From: an uncultured Verrucomicrobiota bacterium
Lineage (GTDB): Bacteria; Verrucomicrobiota; Verrucomicrobiia; Limisphaerales; UBA8199
Direction: 5' to 3'
Assembly (NCBI GenBank): GCA_964631605.1
Contig: CAZVYG010000005.1
Span: 39,858 to 103,857, forward strand
Length of the DNA stretch: 64,000 bases
The notes under the pieces are model-generated. The model was not told the origin of the DNA. It ran no database searches and saw only the letters and a program-made list of their open reading frames with translations. Positions 37,075 through 44,910 of this stretch are shown one piece after another (positions within the stretch are counted from its first letter, which is position 1; each line of letters starts with the position of its first letter). The translations under genes were made by a program, and so were the position numbers.

Positions 37075-40000
37075 ATGAAAACATCCCTAAGACTCCTGGT
37101 TTGCATTGTCCCCGTGCTCCTGGCCGCAGCGCCCGGCCTCCAGGCCACGGTGTTCTTTAATGATACCTTTGGCGCCGGCAGCACGCTTAACAGTCTGACA
37201 CCGGCTGACCCGACGCCCAATTCCACCAGTTACCAGCTTTCTTCCTCGAAGAGCTGGAATCCCACACCCTCGCTGACCGCCAACGATTTGAAATTCGGGA
37301 TTGGTACGACGACCGGCGGCGGCATTGAAGTCCAGGCTCTGTTTACGACCAATCCGGTGTCGCTGAGTCTGCCGGGGGATTACATTCAATTGCGGGTGAC
37401 TTTTACCAACACCGCCGGCCTCCTGACCGCGGCGGGCCTCTGGGGGTTTGGACTTTACAACGGCGCGCAAGTGGCGCCGGTGGCAGGGGGACTCAACGCG
37501 ACGGCGCTCAACAGTTACAGTGATCATGTGACCGACGGAGTGCGGGATTGGCAGGGCTATTGGGGGCAGCGGGGTTACACGGGCGAGAATTCCCGAATCG
37601 TCAGGCGTTTGCCCCAGACCACCGGCCCTGACAACCGGAATCAGAACCTCACCAGCACGGGCAGCGGCACACAAAGCTACGGCAACCCGGCCGGAACGAC
37701 TGTGGGCACGGCCTCCACAGCACCCTCTGGCGGATTGGTTGTCGGGAACACCTATACGGTGGTGTTGAATATTGCGCTGATTGCGGAAGGAACCTTGGCC
37801 ATCACGAACATTTACTACGACGGCCCGGACACAAACGGAACGGTGATCTCCCAATTCGGTTGCGAGGCGTCGGGATCGGACTTTTTCACCAGCACCTTTG
37901 ATGGTTTTGCGATTGGGTGGCGCGCCCGTGCCAACACCACCGGCGGGACCGTCATGGATATCTCTTCGATCACGGTGGAAGGTTCGGCGACCACGATTAC
38001 CACCCCGCCGGACATCCTCACTCAGCCGGTATCGGTGACGGTGCCCAATGGCGGTTCCTGCGCCTTCTCGGTCGTGGCCCAGGGTTTTGGGATGAAATAT
38101 CAATGGAAGCGGTACGGGACCAACCTGGTTGACGGCGGCAACATCTCCGGCGCCACCACCCCCATGCTGGTGATTTCGCCCGCCTCCGCGGCGGATGTGG
38201 CTTCCGGCGTCAACGGTTATTACGTGACAATTACCGGAACGGGCGGCTACAGCACCAACTCGGTGACGTGCTCGTTGTCGCTGGGAACGGCTTCCACGCT
38301 GGTGTGGTCGGGTTCGGGCACGACCTGGGACCTGGGGACCAGCGCTAGTTGGTTGAAGGGCAGCTCGCCGGCGACGTTCAACTACGGGGATGCGGTGATC
38401 TTTAATGATGCCGGATCGGCCAACCTGCTGGTGACTTTAAGCGGCAGTTATCTCAGCGCCTCTTCCGTTACCGTGGATACCAGCATTGGGACCGATTACA
38501 TCTTCAGCGGCACGGGAAGCTTTGCCGGCCCCGGCCAATTGATCTACAAAGGGGCCGGGCTGCTGACGATCAACAACGCAAACACTTACACCGGCGGCAC
38601 GATCATCAGCAACGACTACGCCTACCTGGTGCTCAACAACTACAACGGCCTCGGTTCCGGGCCGGTCAGGCTGGCCAAAGCGGGCGGGTATATGGAGGTG
38701 GTGCCGGCGGGGAGCGCCACTGCGGGATTCAAGGGGGATGTGATTGTCGAAGACGACTTCACCATTCAATTCGACGCCAGCGGAGCCTATGCGGGCGTGT
38801 TCTTGAATGATCTGGCGGGCACGCCCGGCAAGACGCTCACGCTGCGGCCCTTCTCCACCGCCAGTGGCAGCCGTTACCGGGTCTATGGCACCGCCACCAC
38901 CTGCGACGCCAACCTGTATCTGGACGGCGCGGGCACCTCTGAAGCGGCCTATTACGGCACCACGCTGGCCCCGTATCATGGCAGCGGCTTCCAAATCTAC
39001 AATGGCGTCATCTCCGGCCCGGGCGGCATCATTCAGCGCGCGGGGGGCACGACCGTGCTGGCCGGCCAAAACACCTACTCGGGCGGCACAACGCCGACCA
39101 CCGGCACCATCGGCTTTGGCGCGGACACCATCGGCGCTGTGACCTCCGGCCCGATTGGCACGGGGCCGTTGTTCCTCAATCCGGAAGCGCCCAACACCAC
39201 GGGCAGCGGGACGGTGCTGGCGTTTGGCGGGCCCCGCACGATCGCCAACCCGTTGCAGTATTCCAGCGGCACCAACAACCTGACCCTGATCATCGGCGGC
39301 ACCAACAATCTGACCTTCACCGGTCCGTTCACGCTCAATGGCAACGACGGGGCCACCACCTACCTCAATCGCATCCTGCAGGTGAACAACACCGCGCTGA
39401 CCACCTTTGCGGGCCAGATCAGCGGCGCCGGATTCGGCCTCACCAAGACCGGCTCTGGAACCCTGGCGCTGACCGGCAACAACACCTATGACGGACCGAC
39501 CACCAACAGCGCCGGCACGTTGATTGTGAACGGCTCGCTGGCGGGACCGGTGACCGTGGCCTCGGGCGCCACCCTGGCCGGCACCGGAACCATCAACGGT
39601 CCGACCACGGTTCTGGCGGGCGGCGCCATTGCCCCCGGCACTTCGATCGGCACTTTAACCATCAATAACAACCTCGCCCTGGCCGGTAATTTGCGCGTCG
39701 AGGTCAACCGCGCCGGCCTGGCCAGCGACAAAATTGTCGTCAGTGGCACGCTCGCCAATACCGGCACGGGCACCATTACCGTGACAAATCTGGGCGCGCC
39801 GCTGGCGGTGGGTGACACGTTTGCGCTGTTCAACAAACCCGTGACGGGCGGCAGCGCATTGACCATCACCGGTGGCGGGGTCACCGCCTGGAGCAACAAG
39901 CTGGAGATTGACGGGACCATCGCCGTGCAGTCGGTCCTGCCGACCACGCCGACCAACCTGAGTTACAGCGTCGCGGGCAACAACCTTACCCTGAGCTGGC

Positions 40001-40164
40001 CCGCTAATTACCTGGGCTGGATTCTCCAATCCAATGCCGTCGGCATCGCTTCCAGTGGAAGCTGGTTCCCCATCGCGGAAACCGCCAATGCGACGCAATA
40101 CACCATCCCGCTGGACCCGGCCAAAGCCAACGTCTTCTACCGTCTGGTGCTCCCGACGCCTTGA
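37075..40164 (+). CDS. Secreted PATR (autotransporter-associated beta-strand repeat) protein with a novel N-terminal domain, an Ig-like domain and a C-terminal FYRL domain
   Basis: Signal peptide: LLVCIVPVLLAAAPGLQA. The N-terminal ~290 aa are paralogous to the N-terminus of 40388..44848. Ig-like segment contains YQWKRYGTNL. PATR units: LIYKGAGLLTINNANTYTGGT, LTKTGSGTLALTGNNTYDGPTTNSAGTLIVNG. Ends LSWPANYLGWILQSNAV...NVFYRLVLPTP*. Confidence 0.88.
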   Translation: MKTSLRLLVCIVPVLLAAAPGLQATVFFNDTFGAGSTLNSLTPADPTPNSTSYQLSSSKSWNPTPSLTANDLKFGIGTTTGGGIEVQALFTTNPVSLSLPGDYIQLRVTFTNTAGLLTAAGLWGFGLYNGAQVAPVAGGLNATALNSYSDHVTDGVRDWQGYWGQRGYTGENSRIVRRLPQTTGPDNRNQNLTSTGSGTQSYGNPAGTTVGTASTAPSGGLVVGNTYTVVLNIALIAEGTLAITNIYYDGPDTNGTVISQFGCEASGSDFFTSTFDGFAIGWRARANTTGGTVMDISSITVEGSATTITTPPDILTQPVSVTVPNGGSCAFSVVAQGFGMKYQWKRYGTNLVDGGNISGATTPMLVISPASAADVASGVNGYYVTITGTGGYSTNSVTCSLSLGTASTLVWSGSGTTWDLGTSASWLKGSSPATFNYGDAVIFNDAGSANLLVTLSGSYLSASSVTVDTSIGTDYIFSGTGSFAGPGQLIYKGAGLLTINNANTYTGGTIISNDYAYLVLNNYNGLGSGPVRLAKAGGYMEVVPAGSATAGFKGDVIVEDDFTIQFDASGAYAGVFLNDLAGTPGKTLTLRPFSTASGSRYRVYGTATTCDANLYLDGAGTSEAAYYGTTLAPYHGSGFQIYNGVISGPGGIIQRAGGTTVLAGQNTYSGGTTPTTGTIGFGADTIGAVTSGPIGTGPLFLNPEAPNTTGSGTVLAFGGPRTIANPLQYSSGTNNLTLIIGGTNNLTFTGPFTLNGNDGATTYLNRILQVNNTALTTFAGQISGAGFGLTKTGSGTLALTGNNTYDGPTTNSAGTLIVNGSLAGPVTVASGATLAGTGTINGPTTVLAGGAIAPGTSIGTLTINNNLALAGNLRVEVNRAGLASDKIVVSGTLANTGTGTITVTNLGAPLAVGDTFALFNKPVTGGSALTITGGGVTAWSNKLEIDGTIAVQSVLPTTPTNLSYSVAGNNLTLSWPANYLGWILQSNAVGIASSGSWFPIAETANATQYTIPLDPAKANVFYRLVLPTP

Positions 40165-40181
40165 GCAGGATGAAAATTCAA

Positions 40182-40219
40182 ACACCCCCGCCGACCTGCA
40201 TCCGGCGGGGGTGTTTTTT
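40182..40219 (+). terminator. Rho-independent terminator
   Basis: Perfect 12-bp GC-rich stem (acacccccgccg / cggcgggggtgt), 9-nt loop, followed by a T-run (ttttt). Begins 18 nt after the stop of 37075..40164. Confidence 0.75.
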
Positions 40220-40387
40220 CCCGGCCACGTGGGTGAAAAAAATCCTGGTGCGAAGATGACGTACGAACGCAAGGTGTCAGCGCCAGGAATGTCCCGCGGG
40301 ACGGGGCGGGGTGTTCCCGGCCTGGGGGAATGGCGGGCGCGGGCTGGCAGGGACGTGTTTTCAGATCGCCGCAAGCAGTTGTCATTT

Positions 40388-43300
40388 ATGAAGCCTCTCT
40401 CATCCGTCATGCTCCTCGCCGGAGTTGTTCTCCCTGGCCCAAACCTCTGGGGTGCCGCGGTGTTGGTGGACAACTTCTCCTCGAGCACGCTTAACTCGCC
40501 CGCGCCCGCGCCACCCACGGCCAACTCGACCGCGTATCATTTGTTCTCCTCGAAGGCCTGGAACCCCGCGCCATCCCTCAGCGGCAACGACCTGAAATTC
40601 GGCATTGGGCCCACCACCAGCGGCCATATCGAGGCGCAGGCCTTGTTCTCGACCGTGCCGGTGGCACTCACCAACGTTGGCGATTGCCTCGAACTCACCA
40701 TCACGTTCGTCAACACGACCGGTTTGTTCACCCAGAGCGGTCATCTCGGGTTCGGCTTGTATAATTCTGGTGGAGTTCCGCCGCTGGCGGGCGGCATGCA
40801 GGGGACGGCCACCACGTCCACCACCACCAACGGCGGGGCGCAGGGCTGGCAGGGCTTCGTCGCGCGGCTGGCTTATGACGGCGGCACGCACCGGCTGGCC
40901 ACGCGCCCCGTCCAGACCATTACCACGGCCAACAACCAGGACCTCGTCACTGAAGGCAGCGGCAGCATGAGTTATGTCGGCGGCGTGAATCTGGCGAGCA
41001 CGGCGTCCACCTTGTCGCAAGCCGCAGGCTCTCAACTCACGGCGGTCCTGCGGCTGATCCTGAGCGCGACGGACATTCTCCAGCTCGAGAGCCGGCTTTA
41101 TCTGGGACCCGACACCAACGGCGTGCTGCTGGTGAGCCAGTCCGGGGCGGCCAGCGGCGCCAACTTTCTCACCAACAGTTTCGATGCGCTGGGGATCGGC
41201 TGGCGGGCGATGGCCAATACCAGCGCCACGCTCATTGATATTCAGTCCATCTCCGTGCGGAGCGCGCCCTTCGCCACCACGGGGGCGCCCCCGGTTGCCG
41301 TTGCATTTTCTCCACCCTCCGGGGCGAACGGCGTTTGTGTGGACACGCTCTTGAACATTACGTTCGACCAGCCCGTGCGGCTGCGGAAGAACGGCGCCAT
41401 CCGCATTTACGACACGCTCAACCCCGCCGTGCCGGTGGACACCCTTGATCTGAGCGCCAACGTGGACAACGGACCGGCAGGCAGTGTCAGTAACGTTCAG
41501 CCCCGCCTGATCGGGGGCGAATCTTTCACAAACCATCCGGTCATCGTCTCGGGCGCCACCGCAACCCTTTACCCCCATGCGGGCGTCCTGACCACCAACC
41601 GGACCTATTATGTGCTGATGGATCCCGGCGTCTTCGCTGATGCCTTGGACAATGTCTTTCCCGGCATCAGCGACTCCAACCGTTGGAAGTTCACCACGAA
41701 AATCGCCGGACCGGCCAGCCCCACCAACCTCGTGGTGGCTGCCGATGGCAGCGGCGATTTCTGCACCGTCCAGGGTGCGGTGGACTCCATTCCGGCGGGC
41801 AATCTGACTCCTCGCCTGATTAACATCCGCAACGGTTTCTACCGCGAGATTGTCAACATCAACAGCCGGCACCGCCTCACCTTCCGCGGACTGGACCGGG
41901 CGGCAACCGTCCTTGGCTACGACAACAACGCCTACATGAACGGAAGCACCCATACCCGAATGGCGTTCAAGGTGAATGCCGATGACATCGCCCTGGATAC
42001 GCTCACCCTCACCAACACCACGCCCAAGGGCGGCTCCCAGGCCGAGGCGCTGATGGTGGAAAGCGATCGCAAACGCTTTGTCGCCTGGAACGTCAACCTT
42101 TGCAGTTACCAGGATACGATCCTGATGAACACCAGCGGTTCGCAGTGCTATTTCCAGGACAGTTTGATCCAGGGCGACACCGACTTTATCTGGGGCGGGG
42201 GCAACGCGTTTTTCACCAATTGCGAAATCCGATCGCTTTTTGGCGGTTATGTCACCCAGGCGCGCACCAGCGCCGGCAGCAACGGCATGGCATTTGTGAA
42301 CTGTCGTCTGACCCGGACCGGCTCGATCACTGCGTCGCTCGGTCGTTCGCTGAATCATCCCGATGGCAACGTCGCCTTCATCAACTGCCTGATGGATTCG
42401 CATATCACAGGCTGGACGGATGCCAACCCGCGGTATTGGGAATACGGCAACAGCAATCTCGCCGCGACGGCCGCGGTCGCCTTCAACGGCACCCAGCTTG
42501 CCGCCGGCAGTCCCGAGCTGGCCCGGGCCGGTTCCGCCGTCCTGTGGCTCTACGGTTGGACGCCGTCGTTGCTGCCGGCCATCCTGGTTCACCCCACCAA
42601 TCAGACGGTCGCCGCGGGTCAATCCGTGGTGTTTGCGGTGACGGCGCGCGGCATTCCCACACCCACGTATCAGTGGCGCAAGAACGGCGTCACTCTTCCC
42701 GGAGCGACCAACTCCACTTATACCCTCGCGAGTTCGGTTTTGTCGGACTCGGGCACTTATACAGTGGTGGTGACCACACCCGCCGGATCCGTGGTCAGCA
42801 GCAACGCCACGTTGGTGGTCACCGCCCCCCACCCGCCGGCCTTCCCCGGCGCGGAAGGGGCGGGGGCCAATGCCGTGGGCGGTCGCGGCGGCGATGTGTA
42901 TTATGTCACGACCCTGGCCGACAGCGGCGCCGGCTCCCTGCGCGCCGGCATCTCGACCGCCCCCTCGACCGGCCGCACCATCGTCTTCGCAGTGTCGGGA
43001 AACATCGTTTTGAATTCGACGCTGACGGTGAACCGGCCGCGAATCACCATTGCGGGCCAGACCGCCCCGGGCGACGGCATTTGCCTGCAGAATTACGCGT
43101 TCAACATCGGCGCCAGCGAAGTGATCGTGCGCCATGTCCGCACGCGGCTGGGGACCAACGCGATGCAGGAAGCCGACTGCATGTGGATCAACTCCGGCAC
43201 AAACATTGTCGTGGATCACGTCTCGGCGTCGTGGTCGGTGGACGAGGTCCTGTCCGCTTCGGGGAATGTGGGCAACTTGTCCGTGCAGTGGTGTTACATT

Positions 43301-44848
43301 GCCGAATCGCTCAACAACTCGATTCATGCCAAAGGCCCGCACGGGTACGGTTCGCTGATCACCCCGTCGCTGAACGGCACCCTTTCGTGGCACCACAACT
43401 TGTACGCGCATAACAACAGCCGGAATCCACGCCCCGGAACCGACAACGCGGCGACCGTGATTTTTGATTTCCGCAACAATCTCATCTACAACTACGGCAG
43501 CCGGGCGGGCTACGGCAGCGATTGGGACCCCGATCCCGAGAACCTGCGGATGAACTACGTGGGCAATTACGTTGTCGCCGGCCCCAGTTCGAGCTACAGC
43601 TATGCCTACCAGGGCGGCGGCACCAACACGATTATTTACCAGGAAAACAACCTCATTGACCTCGACAAGGATGCCGCGTTCGATGGCATCAACAACAACT
43701 GGGGCATGTTCAGCGGCACCTATGTCCAAACCAACACCCCCTTCCCGGCGCCCCCGCTCCTCACGGACCCGCCCGCCGTCGCGTTGCAACGGGTGCTGGC
43801 CCTCGGCGGCGCCATGCCGTGGCGCCGCGACGCCGCCGACCAGCGAATCGTAGGGACCGCCCGGGCCCACACCGGCCAGATCATTGACGCGGTCGCCCAG
43901 GTCGGCACCTGGCCGGCGCTGGCCTCGCTTCCGCCCCCGGCCGACGCCGACAGCGACGGCATGCCGGATTACTGGGAGATGGCCCTGGGGCTCAATCCCT
44001 CGAACGCGGCGGACCGCAACCTGACCAACGCGCTGACCGGCTACACGCGGCTGGAGGATTACTTGAACTGGCTGGCGGACCCGCACGCCCTTTGCCCCCG
44101 CAACGGCCAGGTGGAGGTGAGCCTGCGCTCGTTGACCGGCGGCGCAACCAATCTCGCTTACGTCGTGTCCGCGGGAACCAACGGGTCGGTGGCGTTGCTG
44201 CCGGATGGATTCACCGCCCGCTTCACTGCCGTGCCAAACTACAACGGCCTGGCCGGTTTTGCGTTCACCGCCCGGGACTCCGCCAATGGTGTCACCTTCG
44301 GCCCGGTGACGGTGGGGGTTCTGATTTCCACCACCAACGCCAACCAGCCGCCGGTGCTTTCGCCAGTCACGAACCGGACGTGCGTTGCGGGCCAGACGGT
44401 GTCATTCCTCTGCAGCGCGACCGACCCTGACATTCCGGCCCAGACCCTCACCTACACGCTCTGGAACGCCCCGGCCGGGGCGGCGTTGGATGCCGGCTCG
44501 GGCCTGTTTCATTGGCGGCCAACCATTGCCCAAAGCGACGCCACTTATGATCTGGCGGTCGTGGCCACCGATAATGGCTCGCCCAGCTTGAGCTCGACGC
44601 AGCAGTTCAGCATCACCGTGCTCCGGCCCGCCCGCCCATCGCTCCAGGCAGGCGCCTTCACCGACGACCGGTTCGCCTTCGGCGTCACGGGCGATGCCGG
44701 ACCGGACTACCTCATCCTCGCCTCGAGCAACCTCACGGATTGGACGACCGTGTTCGCAACCAACTCGCCGCCGCTGCCGTTCTGGTGGACAGACCCGGAC
44801 TCCGGCGCGGTGAACCGGCGTTTTTATCGGGTGTTGCTCGGGCCATGA
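40388..44848 (+). CDS. Multidomain pectinolytic enzyme: novel N-terminal domain, pectin methylesterase (CE8), Ig-like, pectate lyase (PL1), TSP3-like linker, cadherin-like domain, C-terminal FYRV domain
   Basis: ATG at 40388 gives the signal peptide MKPLSSVMLLAGVVLPGPNLWGAA. CE8 region (approx nt 41720-42560): VAADGSGDFCTVQGAVDSIP, GSQAEALMV, YQDTIL, GDTDFIWGGG. Ig-like: YQWRKNGVTLPGATNSTY...DSGTYTVVV. PL1 region (approx nt 42838-43800): AFPGAEGAGANAVGGRGGDVYYVTTLADSGAGSLR, VDHVSASWSVDE, HHNLYAHNNSRNPRPG, FRNNLIYNYG. Also DADSDGMPDYWE, and the protein ends RRFYRVLLGP*. Confidence 0.9.
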   Translation: MKPLSSVMLLAGVVLPGPNLWGAAVLVDNFSSSTLNSPAPAPPTANSTAYHLFSSKAWNPAPSLSGNDLKFGIGPTTSGHIEAQALFSTVPVALTNVGDCLELTITFVNTTGLFTQSGHLGFGLYNSGGVPPLAGGMQGTATTSTTTNGGAQGWQGFVARLAYDGGTHRLATRPVQTITTANNQDLVTEGSGSMSYVGGVNLASTASTLSQAAGSQLTAVLRLILSATDILQLESRLYLGPDTNGVLLVSQSGAASGANFLTNSFDALGIGWRAMANTSATLIDIQSISVRSAPFATTGAPPVAVAFSPPSGANGVCVDTLLNITFDQPVRLRKNGAIRIYDTLNPAVPVDTLDLSANVDNGPAGSVSNVQPRLIGGESFTNHPVIVSGATATLYPHAGVLTTNRTYYVLMDPGVFADALDNVFPGISDSNRWKFTTKIAGPASPTNLVVAADGSGDFCTVQGAVDSIPAGNLTPRLINIRNGFYREIVNINSRHRLTFRGLDRAATVLGYDNNAYMNGSTHTRMAFKVNADDIALDTLTLTNTTPKGGSQAEALMVESDRKRFVAWNVNLCSYQDTILMNTSGSQCYFQDSLIQGDTDFIWGGGNAFFTNCEIRSLFGGYVTQARTSAGSNGMAFVNCRLTRTGSITASLGRSLNHPDGNVAFINCLMDSHITGWTDANPRYWEYGNSNLAATAAVAFNGTQLAAGSPELARAGSAVLWLYGWTPSLLPAILVHPTNQTVAAGQSVVFAVTARGIPTPTYQWRKNGVTLPGATNSTYTLASSVLSDSGTYTVVVTTPAGSVVSSNATLVVTAPHPPAFPGAEGAGANAVGGRGGDVYYVTTLADSGAGSLRAGISTAPSTGRTIVFAVSGNIVLNSTLTVNRPRITIAGQTAPGDGICLQNYAFNIGASEVIVRHVRTRLGTNAMQEADCMWINSGTNIVVDHVSASWSVDEVLSASGNVGNLSVQWCYIAESLNNSIHAKGPHGYGSLITPSLNGTLSWHHNLYAHNNSRNPRPGTDNAATVIFDFRNNLIYNYGSRAGYGSDWDPDPENLRMNYVGNYVVAGPSSSYSYAYQGGGTNTIIYQENNLIDLDKDAAFDGINNNWGMFSGTYVQTNTPFPAPPLLTDPPAVALQRVLALGGAMPWRRDAADQRIVGTARAHTGQIIDAVAQVGTWPALASLPPPADADSDGMPDYWEMALGLNPSNAADRNLTNALTGYTRLEDYLNWLADPHALCPRNGQVEVSLRSLTGGATNLAYVVSAGTNGSVALLPDGFTARFTAVPNYNGLAGFAFTARDSANGVTFGPVTVGVLISTTNANQPPVLSPVTNRTCVAGQTVSFLCSATDPDIPAQTLTYTLWNAPAGAALDAGSGLFHWRPTIAQSDATYDLAVVATDNGSPSLSSTQQFSITVLRPARPSLQAGAFTDDRFAFGVTGDAGPDYLILASSNLTDWTTVFATNSPPLPFWWTDPDSGAVNRRFYRVLLGP

Positions 44849-44910
44849 TGCGGAACGCATCGGATGGGCCGGCCTGATTCAAAACAAAACTCTGACCTTG
44901 GAGAAGTGCC

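Noticed and set aside
40400-44086. 1228-aa minus-strand ORF opposite the CE8-PL1 gene
   Set aside because: Same reasoning: the + strand encodes collinear CE8, Ig and PL1 domains, and the antisense product is R/G/A-rich with no motifs.
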